From a virus (Duplodnaviria; Caudoviricetes), in the IMG/VR virus record IMGVR_UViG_3300049924_000183, positions 1-44,209 of that record: a DNA stretch of 44,209 bases; one strand, given 5' to 3'. Positions within the stretch are counted from its first letter, which is position 1. Each line of letters begins with the position of its first letter. Shown here one piece after another: positions 7,872-16,978 of this stretch. Position numbers and translations under genes: made by a program. The notes beneath the pieces were generated by a model. It did not search any database and had not been told where the DNA came from. It saw only the letters and a program-made list of their open reading frames with translations.

Positions 7872-9180
7872 CCCCATCACGCTGTACACGTATCAGGAAG
7901 ATGCGTACAGGTTCCTGCTTGCGCGACGCCGGGCGTATCTCGCCGACGCACCACGGCTCGGCAAGACGGACCCGACATGCAAGGCCCTGCTCTCGACTGA
8001 GAGCCGTCGTGTGCTCGTGATCTGCCCTGCCGGTGTGCAGGACGCGTGGCGGAAGCGGCTCGAGGCGTGGGGAGTGCGCGGTGCGAGGGTGTACAGCTAC
8101 GACTACGCGATGGAGAACGCGGAGCAGTTGGCTCGGTGGGTTGCGGAAGAGACCTCGGTGTGTGTTCTCGATGAGGCGCACTACCTTGCGAACCGCACGG
8201 CTCGGCGGACGAAAGCCATCCTTGGCCGCGTCGGGCCTGCGCGTCTGGCAACGTACACGTGGTGCCTGAGTGGCACGCCGATGGCGAAGCATCCCGGTCA
8301 GCTCTTCCCGGTGCTTGCGTCGCTGTTCCCCGGCGTGCTGCAGCAGCTCGGCGTCACGAAGTACGACGCGTTTCTCGAGCGGTACACCGCCGGGATCAAC
8401 ACGACGGTGCGCGGCAAGAGCGTGTACAAGCCGATGCGGGCGAAGAACGCGGGGGAGCTGAATGCGGTGTTGTTCGAGCGCTCGGTCGGTGGGAGCGGGG
8501 AGTGGGAAGGATCGACGCGCTACTATGTCGAGCCTCCATTCCTGCGGCGCACGGGCAACGACGAGGTGGAGTGGGAGATCGTGCCGGTGCCGGGGCCCGC
8601 ACACCTTGGGATGCCGGTCGATGCGATCGGCACGGTGGACGCGAACGAGGCACGGCAGCGTGCGGGCGAGGAGAAGCTGCCGGCAGTGCTCGAGGCCCTG
8701 TCGCAGAAGCTGGCGGATGGCGAGCCCCTCATCATCTTCGCGCACTATCAGGACACGCTGCAGCGGCTGGGCGCGTGGCTGCATCGAGATGGGCGAGGGT
8801 ACGCGTACATCGACGGGGCAACGACCATCGAGAATCGGGCAGCGCAGGTTGCCGCATTCCAAGGTCGGCAGTGCCAAGTGTTCCTCGGCAGCATCCGAGC
8901 CTGCGCGACGGGCATCACGCTCGACGCAGCCGACGAGGTGTGGATCGTGGAGCCGGATTGGACCGCGGACGTGAACGTGCAGGCAGGACGACGTGCGGTG
9001 AGCACGATCAATAAGCGGCCAACCCGCGTGAAGATGTTCGTGCTGAAAGACAGCATCGACGAGGCGATCATCCGCCGTCACCGCCGGGAACTCGCGATGC
9101 ACGGTGCGGTGCTCGATCCCGGCGTGAGTGAGGAGGCCGATGCCGAGACGTTCGCGGTGCTCGAAGTGTGGAAGCGATGA
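7864..9180 (+). CDS. SNF2-like (SF2) helicase
   Basis: LADAPRLGKT, LVICPA, LDEAH, LSGTP, IIFAHY, IDGAT, GITL. Confidence 0.88.
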   Translation: MADPITLYTYQEDAYRFLLARRRAYLADAPRLGKTDPTCKALLSTESRRVLVICPAGVQDAWRKRLEAWGVRGARVYSYDYAMENAEQLARWVAEETSVCVLDEAHYLANRTARRTKAILGRVGPARLATYTWCLSGTPMAKHPGQLFPVLASLFPGVLQQLGVTKYDAFLERYTAGINTTVRGKSVYKPMRAKNAGELNAVLFERSVGGSGEWEGSTRYYVEPPFLRRTGNDEVEWEIVPVPGPAHLGMPVDAIGTVDANEARQRAGEEKLPAVLEALSQKLADGEPLIIFAHYQDTLQRLGAWLHRDGRGYAYIDGATTIENRAAQVAAFQGRQCQVFLGSIRACATGITLDAADEVWIVEPDWTADVNVQAGRRAVSTINKRPTRVKMFVLKDSIDEAIIRRHRRELAMHGAVLDPGVSEEADAETFAVLEVWKR

Positions 9181-9547
9181 CTTTCGACGAGGGCGGTGCC
9201 ATGCGTGCACGATACGACAGCAGAAACGGCGACGACATCGAGACCCGACTGTGCTGCTGGTGCAGAAAGCTCGTCAACGCGCTCGTGCGTTGGGTGTGCC
9301 ATGCACCATCACGGCGGAGGACGTGGTGATCCCCTCGCACTGCCCCGTCCTCGGGATTCCGCTGGTGCTCGGCAACGAACGATCGCTGGCCGGTTCACCG
9401 TCCCTTGATCGCCTCGTGCCCGAGTGGGGATACACGCCGGGGAACGTGGTGGTGGTGAGTCATCGAGCCAACATGCTGAAGAACAACGGAACTTCGCAAG
9501 AACTGCGAAGGGTGGCAGAATGGATGGAGACACGAGGACTGAGCTGA
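9140..9547 (+). CDS. HNH-type endonuclease
   Basis: AGGAGG RBS; CSKC/CHAC; CPVLGIPL...SPSLDR.....GY..GNV.VVS.RAN..K. Confidence 0.8.
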   Translation: MPRRSRCSKCGSDDFRRGRCHACTIRQQKRRRHRDPTVLLVQKARQRARALGVPCTITAEDVVIPSHCPVLGIPLVLGNERSLAGSPSLDRLVPEWGYTPGNVVVVSHRANMLKNNGTSQELRRVAEWMETRGLS

Positions 9548-9768
9548 TGTTTGTGAAGATCGAGACGACGTTGAACACGTCACTGCCGTTGCACCGCGAA
9601 GTACTGAAGCAGTTGTTCGTGGCGGGCAGTGTCGAGGAGCAGGAAGTGCGGGCGATTCTGCAGGGCGGCACGCCACCGGTTCCGCCACCGCCTGCCGCCG
9701 ACGAGATGCCGCGCAATACCGCGCAGCTGTCGCTCTTCAAGGAGAAGGAGAACGCAAGTGGCAACTAA
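9547..9768 (+). CDS. Hypothetical phage protein
   Basis: TGATG coupling; MFVKIETTLN... Confidence 0.6.
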   Translation: MFVKIETTLNTSLPLHREVLKQLFVAGSVEEQEVRAILQGGTPPVPPPPAADEMPRNTAQLSLFKEKENASGN

Positions 9769-9940
9769 GGAGCAGGAACGCGTCATCGACGAGGTGCTGT
9801 ACGACCTGACCTCGAAGCCGTCCTCGAGATGGGAAAGCGTACGGCAGCGGCTGATCGATCTGGTCGACGCGGCGAAGGCGGAAGGGTACGCGGAAGCGGT
9901 GGCTGATGCGCTGGACGCGGACGCAGACGGGGCGTTCTAG
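9758..9940 (+). CDS. Hypothetical phage protein
   Basis: AAGGAG RBS, GTG start. Confidence 0.6.
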   Translation: MATKEQERVIDEVLYDLTSKPSSRWESVRQRLIDLVDAAKAEGYAEAVADALDADADGAF

Positions 9941-11116
9941 GTGGCCGTCGCTCACGCAGAGCGGGCGCACGCGTCACTGGGAGCCTCGAGCGCGCATCGA
10001 TGGATGAACTGCCCCGGCAGTGTCGCCGCCGAAGCGGAGATGCCGCCCGAAGTTCGCCGGGAGACGGGTGCTGCAGCGGAAGGCACCGCGGCGCACGAAT
10101 TGGCGGAGTGGTGTCTGCGCAACTTCTCGAGCCCGGCGTTCTACCCGAAGACGCACATCAACGGGTTCGAGATCACCGACGAGATGCGTGATGGCGTTGG
10201 GCTGTACGTGCAGACCGTGCGCGAGGTGTTCGGTGTGGCGCACCGGTCGCTCGAGATCGAGAGTCGCGTGTCACTCGAGGACTTGAATCCGCCGGTCGAG
10301 ATGTATGGCACCGCGGATGCAGTGATCTACGACGCCGAGAGCAAGCGACTGACGGTGATCGATCTGAAGTACGGGGCAGGGCACTACGTGTCCGCGGAGA
10401 ACAACCCGCAGCTGCTGTACTATGCGCTCGGGGCGGTGCTCAAGTACACGGCCAAGGGCTACACCATCCTCGGTGTCGAGGTGATCATCGTGCAGCCGCG
10501 GCGTCACGAGGGTGACCCGGTGCGTCGGATGCGGGCGACCGCGCGGGAGCTGGACGCGTTCTCGAAGACCCTCATCGAGGCCGCGTGGGCGACGCAGCAG
10601 AAGGACGCGGTGCGTCACGCCGGGAGTTGGTGTCGGTACTGTCGTGCACGTCCGCTGTGCCCGGCGGCGTTGGATCAGGCGCAGGAAGTCACGCGCATGT
10701 CATTCGATGTGTTGGTGCCGTCACCGCCGGCACCGACGCAGCTCACCGAGGAGCAGCTGCAGCGTGTGTTGCTGCTCGCACCGCAGGTCGAGGAGTGGAT
10801 CACATCAGTCCGCGCTCATGCTGCCGAGCGGGCACGACGTGGCGACTTGCCGGGATGGAAACTTGTCGCGAAGCGTCCGACGCGGAAGTGGAAGGACGCG
10901 GAGCAGGCCGAGAAGGTGTTGGGCGGTCTGCTGTTCGAGCGATCGATCCGCAGCGTCGCGGCGGTCGAGAAGGTGGTGGGCAAGAAGCAGATGTCGCAGT
11001 ACGAGGCCCTGATCACGAAGCAGTCATCGGGTGCCGTGTTGGTGCAGGACAGCGATCGTCGTCCGGCGATCACTGGTGAAGTGCAGTTCGACGTGTTGAC
11101 TGAGGTCATCGAGTAA
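9941..11116 (+). CDS. Cas4-like PD-(D/E)XK exonuclease (DUF2800 family)
   Basis: HA.L.ASSAHRW.NCPGS, GT.AH, GTADA, IDLKYG.G, NPQL..YALG, C.YC....C. Confidence 0.9.
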   Translation: MAVAHAERAHASLGASSAHRWMNCPGSVAAEAEMPPEVRRETGAAAEGTAAHELAEWCLRNFSSPAFYPKTHINGFEITDEMRDGVGLYVQTVREVFGVAHRSLEIESRVSLEDLNPPVEMYGTADAVIYDAESKRLTVIDLKYGAGHYVSAENNPQLLYYALGAVLKYTAKGYTILGVEVIIVQPRRHEGDPVRRMRATARELDAFSKTLIEAAWATQQKDAVRHAGSWCRYCRARPLCPAALDQAQEVTRMSFDVLVPSPPAPTQLTEEQLQRVLLLAPQVEEWITSVRAHAAERARRGDLPGWKLVAKRPTRKWKDAEQAEKVLGGLLFERSIRSVAAVEKVVGKKQMSQYEALITKQSSGAVLVQDSDRRPAITGEVQFDVLTEVIE

Positions 11117-11703
11117 TGGGCATCATCCTGAATACCCCGCTCGCGTTCCTGTCGTATCCGCATCTGGCAAAGCCGCAGGTCGACCCGAAGAAGCCGGGCG
11201 CGGCACCGAAGTTCGGCGTGGCGCTGGTCTTCACCGCCGACAAGGACGTGAGTGCGATCCGCGACGCGATCGTGAAGGTGGCGGTCGAGAAGTTCGGCAC
11301 CAAGGCCGCGAAGCAGATCGAGAACGGTGCACTCGACGTGGCGTTCCGTGCGAATGCGCGACGCGACGAGTTCGAGCAGCGTGCGCCGGGTGGCTTCTAC
11401 CTGAATGCGCGGACGATCCACCAGCCGACGCTGGTGTACCCGTGGCCGGATGCGGGCGACCCGAAGAAGCCTGCGCGTGTGCCACAGGACGAGATCGCGA
11501 AGGTGTTCCGTGCCGGTGCGCTGGTGCGCGGGAACATCGACGTGTACGCGTTCGACATGCCCGAGAAGAAGGGCGTGACGTTCGGCCTCAACGGTCTGCA
11601 GTTCGTCGAGAAGGGCACGCCGTGGACGGGCGCACCGGATGCGCAGGACGTGTTCGACACGTTGGCGGAAACGCCGAACTTCGACAACCTCGAAGCGGCG
11701 TGA
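11116..11703 (+). CDS. Single-stranded DNA-binding protein (DUF2815 / T7 gp2.5-like)
   Basis: LSYPHL..P, KF...L, GVTFGLNGLQFV..G, acidic tail; lies between DUF2800 and polA. Confidence 0.8.
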   Translation: MGIILNTPLAFLSYPHLAKPQVDPKKPGAAPKFGVALVFTADKDVSAIRDAIVKVAVEKFGTKAAKQIENGALDVAFRANARRDEFEQRAPGGFYLNARTIHQPTLVYPWPDAGDPKKPARVPQDEIAKVFRAGALVRGNIDVYAFDMPEKKGVTFGLNGLQFVEKGTPWTGAPDAQDVFDTLAETPNFDNLEAA

Positions 11704-11711
11704 TGCTGTGC

Positions 11712-11740
11712 CGGGGGAAGTCCGCATCGGACTTCCCCCG
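11712..11740. other. Perfect 13-bp GC-rich hairpin between SSB and DNA polymerase genes
   Basis: CGGGGGAAGTCCG-cat-CGGACTTCCCCCG with no U-tract. Confidence 0.75.
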
Positions 11741-11761
11741 AGTCGTCCCCGTGCCAATCAC

Positions 11762-13714
11762 ATGACCATTTTGAGTATTGACTTCGAGACCTACAGCGCG
11801 GTCGACCTGACCCGCGCCGGGGTCTACAAGTATGCCGCAGACCCGAGCACCGGCATCTGGTGCATGGCGTATGCGTTCGACGACGAGCCCGTGCAGCTGT
11901 GGGACGAACGAGAGCCGATCCCGGCGCGTGTCATCGAGCACCTCCACCGCAACGGCGTCTTCCGCGCATGGAACGCGCAGTTCGAGCGGGTGGTGTGGGA
12001 TCACTGCTTGATGCCGATCGTCGGCATGGCCCCCGGCCAGCATTCGTGGTACTGCACGGCAGCCGAGGCGGCGGCGATGAGCCTGCCCCGGCACCTCGGC
12101 AAGGCCGCGGAAGTCCTCGGCGTCACGGCGAAGGACAGCGAGGGGGCGCAGCTGATGCGCAAGATGTCCGTCGCCGGGTACGAGCCGACCGAGGACGAGC
12201 TGCAGCGGCTGTTCGACTACTGCAAGAACGACGTGGTGGTCGAGCGCGAGATTTTCAAGAAGACGCGACGCCTCGATTCGACCGAACAGAACGTCTATTG
12301 GCTCGACCAGCGCATTAACGACCGCGGGGTTGCCATCGATAGGCCCTTGGTCATTGCAGCCCGTCGGATCGTCTCTCAGGAGGTTGCGAAGGCAGGACAG
12401 ACGCTGTTCGACCTGACGAACGGTGAGGTGGGGAAGGCGACGCAAGTCCCGGCGTTGAAGCGCTGGCTCAAGGATCGCGGCATCGAGACGAAGAGCCTGA
12501 ACAAGGCGACCGTGCACGAGCTGCTGACGACCGGCACGATCCCTGACGACGTGCGCGACGTGCTGCTCGCTCGACAGGACGCTGGCAAGTCGTCCGTGGC
12601 GAAGCTGGACGGGATGCTCACGGTCGCCGGCGACGACGGGGTGATGCGAGGCCTGCTGCTCTACCACGGGGCCTCTACGGGGCGCTGGGCGGGCAAGCTG
12701 GTGCAGCCGCAGAACTTTCCCCGGGGCACGGTGAAGGTCACGCCCGAGGTGCTCGACCGCATTCGTGCTGGCACCGCCAACATGGCCGAGGTCTCGAGCG
12801 CGCTGCGCGGAATGCTGATCGCCAAGCCGGGGAAGCGGCTGTACGTGGCCGACTACTCCGCGATCGAGGCGCGTGTGCTCGCGTGGGTTTCCGGTGACGC
12901 GCCAGCGCTCGAGGACTTCCGCGCCGGGCGAGACCCGTACAAGGTCATGGCGACCTACATCTTCGGGTGCACCTACGACGAGGTCACGCCAGAGCAGCGG
13001 CAGACCGGCAAGGCGGCGGTGCTCGGCCTCGGGTATCAGATGGGCGCGAAGAAGTTCGTGAGCGCGGCGTGGGACGTGTATCAGGTGCGCGTCGACCCCG
13101 AGCAGAGCCCCGGTATCGTGAAGGCCTACCGTGCGCTTCACCCGGCGGTGAAGACGTTCTGGTCTGACGTGCAGAACGCGGCCATGGACGCGGTGCGGAA
13201 TCCCGGTGCGACGTTCCTCGCCGGGCGCTACGTGAAGTTCGTGATGAAGGGGCAGTTCCTCTGGTGCATCCTGCCGAGCAAGCGACCGCTCTGCTACCCG
13301 CTGCCGAAGATTGTGATGGGCATCCCGCCATGGGAGCGTGAGAAGATCGAGGCGGGCGAGATCACGGTGGCTGAGGCCGAGCGCGTCGAGCAGCTGTCGT
13401 TCGGTGCCGAGGTTGGGCCCTCGAGGCAGTGGGGCCGCGAGACGACGTACGGCGGCAAGCTGACCGAAAACATCGTGCAGGCGATCAGTCGTGACATCAT
13501 GGCCGATCGTATGCGGGCAGTTGAAGCGGCTGGGTTCGAGCCGATTCTGTCGGTACACGATGAGGTGATCAGTGAGCGAGATGCGCGGGATAGCGGCCAC
13601 GGAGATGAGGTGTTCAACGGGCTCTACCTCGCCGGACTAACGATGACACCAGCGTGGGCAGAGGGCCTGCCGCTGAAAGTTGAAGGGTGGCACGGCACGA
13701 GGTATCGCAAGTGA
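11762..13714 (+). CDS. polA: DNA polymerase family A with 3'-5' exonuclease domain
   Basis: IDFETYS, AWNAQFE, YCKNDV, TGRW, ADYSAIEARV, RQTGKAAVLGLGYQMG, TENIVQA, VHDEV. Confidence 0.95.
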   Translation: MTILSIDFETYSAVDLTRAGVYKYAADPSTGIWCMAYAFDDEPVQLWDEREPIPARVIEHLHRNGVFRAWNAQFERVVWDHCLMPIVGMAPGQHSWYCTAAEAAAMSLPRHLGKAAEVLGVTAKDSEGAQLMRKMSVAGYEPTEDELQRLFDYCKNDVVVEREIFKKTRRLDSTEQNVYWLDQRINDRGVAIDRPLVIAARRIVSQEVAKAGQTLFDLTNGEVGKATQVPALKRWLKDRGIETKSLNKATVHELLTTGTIPDDVRDVLLARQDAGKSSVAKLDGMLTVAGDDGVMRGLLLYHGASTGRWAGKLVQPQNFPRGTVKVTPEVLDRIRAGTANMAEVSSALRGMLIAKPGKRLYVADYSAIEARVLAWVSGDAPALEDFRAGRDPYKVMATYIFGCTYDEVTPEQRQTGKAAVLGLGYQMGAKKFVSAAWDVYQVRVDPEQSPGIVKAYRALHPAVKTFWSDVQNAAMDAVRNPGATFLAGRYVKFVMKGQFLWCILPSKRPLCYPLPKIVMGIPPWEREKIEAGEITVAEAERVEQLSFGAEVGPSRQWGRETTYGGKLTENIVQAISRDIMADRMRAVEAAGFEPILSVHDEVISERDARDSGHGDEVFNGLYLAGLTMTPAWAEGLPLKVEGWHGTRYRK

Positions 13715-16083
13715 TCAACGCAGCAACACTCTTCAATGCAGGCTTCACGGACCTCGTGTGCGTGATCCCGCCGGGCGCGCAGCTCAATCCCTCGAGCACG
13801 ATCCTGCCGAACCAGCTCGGCAAGGTGCCCGGCATATTGCGTGCTGATGGCACGTGGACCGGCTATAATTGGCAGACGAGCGAGACCTCGCTGCAAGACT
13901 GCGTGCGATGGATGCAGCAAGGGGCGAACGTCGGACTGCGCACGGCGCGTTTCCCGGCGGTCGACATCGACGTGCTCGACGAGACGCTCTCCTCGCGCAT
14001 CGAGCAGCTCGCACGAGAAGTGCTTGGCCCTGCGCCGACACGCGTCGGTCTCGCACCGAAGCGGCTCATGCTGTACCGCACCGACGCCCCGTTCTCGCGG
14101 ATGCGGATGCGCATCAGCGACGGGCACACCGACGCACTGATCGAGGTGCTCGGTCGTGGACAGCAGTTCGTTGCCGCCGGGACACACCCAAGTGGGCTGA
14201 CCTACTCGTGGTCGCGGAGCACGCTGAGCGTTGATGAACTGCCAGTGATCTCGCTGAAGGAGTGCGAGACGTTCTTCGATCGTGTCGGTGAGATGCTGTC
14301 CGAGCTGGGCGGCTACACGTTCACGATCGAGGGCGGCAAGACGGGCGTCGCCAGCGATGTCGATCAGTCTCGCCTGCGTGCCCCCTCGTTCGATGCGCTG
14401 GCGTCACTCGTGCAGGCATTGCCCAACTCGCATGAGACCTTCGCCGGGTACGACGAGTACATCCACGTCGGCTATGCGATCAAGGCGGCGTGCGGACCAG
14501 AGCACGAGCACGAGGGCCTGCAGTTGTTCGCCGAGTGGGCCGCCCGCTGGCAGCACCCGACGAAGCAGGGCAGTGCCGATGCCGCGGCGGGCGACTGGAA
14601 GCGGTTGCACCCACCGTTCCGTGTGGGCTGGCCGTTCCTCGTCGAGACGGCCATGCGTGTCGGTGGTGACGCGGCAACGACGATGTTCGGCGTGCTGCGT
14701 GCCGACGTGCCGAGTGAGGTGGCACGTGATCTCGAGGAGCCGCTGTACGGCACGGAGCACTGGCTCGCGTGGCGTGCGCTGCACCTGATCGGGCACAAGC
14801 TGCGGTTCGTGCCGCTGCAGGGCCGCTGGTACGTGTGGGACGGGCTGCGATGGGTGCCGGACAGTGTGCGTCTGGCAGAAGCGGAAGTGCACGGCGTGCT
14901 GATCTCAGAGTCGAAGCGCATCATGGCTGCGGCGAAGACGGACGAGGACCGCGCTGCGGCGACGAAGATGGCCCGCACGTTCCTGACAGCGCAGCGGGCG
15001 AGTAACGTGCGCAAGATTCTCGAGAGTGATCGCAACATTGCGCTGTCGGCCTCATCACTGGACACCGACTCATGGATCGTGAACACCCCCGCTGGTATTA
15101 TCAACCTGCGATCCGGCACGGTAAGTCCGAACGATGCCGGATCGCTCTGCTCGAAGATCACGGCGACCGGACCATCATCCGAGCCACCCCTCAAGTGGAT
15201 CAAGTTCCTGCACGAGGCCTGCGATGGGGATACGGAGATGGCGGCGTACCTGCAGAAGGTGGCTGGCTACTGTCTCACTGGCGTGACCACGGAGCAGACG
15301 ATGTGGTTCGTGTGGGGGCCGGGTGGCAATGGCAAGTCGCTGTTCCTCTCGACACTGCAGGGCATCCTTGGCGACTACGCGGCGACGGCATCGATGGACA
15401 CGCTGACGGCGACGCAGAGTGAGCGACACTCGACCGACATCGCCGCACTCTCTGGTGCGCGGTTCGTGGCGATGTCAGAGACCGCGAGCGGGAAGCGGTG
15501 GGATGAACAGCGGTTGACCAGCCTGACGGGCGGCGAGATGGTCACTGCGCGATTCATGCGGCAAGACAACTTCACGTTCATGCCGCAGTTCAAGTTGATC
15601 GTCGCCGGGAACCACGCGCCGGGCGTGCGCGACGTGACAGATGCGCTGCGGCGTCGGATGCGACTCGTGCCGTTCATCACGAAGCCGGCGGTGCCGAATC
15701 AGAACCTGTTCGAGGAGTTGCGCGAAGAGTGGCCGCAGATTCTCGGATGGATGGTGGAGGGCTGTCTCAAGTGGCAGGCCGAGGGGATGCAGACCCCGGC
15801 GGCGGTGAAGGCGGAGACCGCGGTGTACTTCGAGGAAGAGGACACGCTGCAGCAGTTCCTGAACGAAACGTGCGTGATCGATCCGAACGCGACGGCACTC
15901 ACGGCGGAGCTGTTCGGTGCATGGCGCGAGTGGAGCAATGCGAACAACGCGTGGACGGGCGACAGTAAGCGACTGTCGACGGCGTTGCACTCGAGAGGCT
16001 TCGAGCGGTGGCGCGATCCGAAGACGGGCAAGCGGGGCTACAAGGGCCTCGGCGTGAAGAACACATTCGAGACACTGACATGA
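13711..16083 (+). CDS. Primase-polymerase / PriCT-2 / D5-like SF3 helicase fusion
   Basis: NVGLRT...AVDIDV prim-pol motif; YDEYIHVGYAIK PriCT-2 segment; WYVWDG.RW D5_N; GPGGNGKS Walker A; RRRMRLVPF. Confidence 0.92.
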   Translation: MINAATLFNAGFTDLVCVIPPGAQLNPSSTILPNQLGKVPGILRADGTWTGYNWQTSETSLQDCVRWMQQGANVGLRTARFPAVDIDVLDETLSSRIEQLAREVLGPAPTRVGLAPKRLMLYRTDAPFSRMRMRISDGHTDALIEVLGRGQQFVAAGTHPSGLTYSWSRSTLSVDELPVISLKECETFFDRVGEMLSELGGYTFTIEGGKTGVASDVDQSRLRAPSFDALASLVQALPNSHETFAGYDEYIHVGYAIKAACGPEHEHEGLQLFAEWAARWQHPTKQGSADAAAGDWKRLHPPFRVGWPFLVETAMRVGGDAATTMFGVLRADVPSEVARDLEEPLYGTEHWLAWRALHLIGHKLRFVPLQGRWYVWDGLRWVPDSVRLAEAEVHGVLISESKRIMAAAKTDEDRAAATKMARTFLTAQRASNVRKILESDRNIALSASSLDTDSWIVNTPAGIINLRSGTVSPNDAGSLCSKITATGPSSEPPLKWIKFLHEACDGDTEMAAYLQKVAGYCLTGVTTEQTMWFVWGPGGNGKSLFLSTLQGILGDYAATASMDTLTATQSERHSTDIAALSGARFVAMSETASGKRWDEQRLTSLTGGEMVTARFMRQDNFTFMPQFKLIVAGNHAPGVRDVTDALRRRMRLVPFITKPAVPNQNLFEELREEWPQILGWMVEGCLKWQAEGMQTPAAVKAETAVYFEEEDTLQQFLNETCVIDPNATALTAELFGAWREWSNANNAWTGDSKRLSTALHSRGFERWRDPKTGKRGYKGLGVKNTFETLT

Positions 16084-16805
16084 GCACGACGATTCACTGG
16101 ATCGGCATCACAGGCAAGGCGGGGCACGGCAAGTCGACGTTCGCGAAGCAGCTGAAGAACGAGATTCACTTTTTCACACGTGAGTACGAGAGCAAGGAAG
16201 CGTGGATCATCCCGTTCGCGATGCAGCTCAAGCTCGACGTGGTGTCGGCGAACAACGACGTGACGTTCGAGGACGTGTTCATCGACAAGCCGTCATGGGT
16301 GCGCACGCTGCTGCAGAACTACGGTGCGATGCTGCGTGCGCGGAACATCAACGTGTGGATCGAGCGCGTCGAGAATCTGGTGCGTGCGATGGTGCACGAG
16401 TCAGACGACGATACGCCCAATCGCACCGTGTATGTGATCCTTCCCGACCTGCGCCTGGCGAACGAGTTCGAGTGGCTGCGGAAGCAGCCGAAGCACACAA
16501 TCGTGCGCGTCGTCTCCACCGCCGGGGGCGCTCCGATGACGCCCAAGCAGGCCGCACACCCGAGTGAGATCGAGCAGGACGGGCAGGCGGTCGACTTCGA
16601 GCTGGTGGACGAGGCACGGGACTGGGCGGGGAAGGTGCACGCCGCCCTCTCGGGCAGGCCCCGGCGGGCGACTTTGGGGGGGGTTGACACAATTGTTAAC
16701 CCTCCCTATATTCCGTTCAAGCGCACGACGAACCCCACGAACACGAGGACACGACGATGGCTCTCAAGATGCACGCTGCCCCGGCTGACAAGATCGCGAA
16801 GCTGA
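16080..16805 (+). CDS. Deoxynucleoside monophosphate kinase (true C-terminus uncertain)
   Basis: IGITGKAGHGKST, FA..LK, R.LLQ.YG, DLR..NE, HPSE. Confidence 0.85.
   Translation: MSTTIHWIGITGKAGHGKSTFAKQLKNEIHFFTREYESKEAWIIPFAMQLKLDVVSANNDVTFEDVFIDKPSWVRTLLQNYGAMLRARNINVWIERVENLVRAMVHESDDDTPNRTVYVILPDLRLANEFEWLRKQPKHTIVRVVSTAGGAPMTPKQAAHPSEIEQDGQAVDFELVDEARDWAGKVHAALSGRPRRATLGGVDTIVNPPYIPFKRTTNPTNTRTRRWLSRCTLPRLTRSRS
16684..16712 (+). promoter_or_regulatory. Sigma70-type promoter for the small gene/integrase operon, overlapped by an operator-like box
   Basis: TTGACA-17 bp-TATATT; near-palindrome TTGAC-acaatt-GTTAA at 16684-16699. Confidence 0.8.
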
Positions 16806-16975
16806 CCACGTCCTACGGCGGCGTGCTGTACAGCCGCGACGGGCTGGTCCGCCCACTCTGCGGCTACAACTCGTGGAAGCACGCCCCGAAGATGACCGCT
16901 ACGCCAGCGGACGTGACCTGCGAGCGTTGCGCCGAGCAGCTCCGCCAGATTGCCCTCGCCGCCAAGGAGAACTGA
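16757..16975 (+). CDS. Small Cys-containing protein upstream of integrase
   Basis: GAGGA RBS; PLCG...VTCERC. Confidence 0.7.
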   Translation: MALKMHAAPADKIAKLTTSYGGVLYSRDGLVRPLCGYNSWKHAPKMTATPADVTCERCAEQLRQIALAAKEN

Positions 16976-16978
16976 GCC

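Noticed and set aside
9941-11116. CRISPR-associated Cas4
   Set aside because: It sits in the standard DUF2800-SSB-PolA phage replication module with no cas1, cas2 or array.
11588-13600. 670-aa minus-strand ORF, and similar long antisense ORFs at 7849-9210, 19800-22037, 26794-28743, 33418-35235 and 42351-43928
   Set aside because: Shadow ORFs opposite well-supported genes, expected from GC-rich codon bias; no recognisable motifs.
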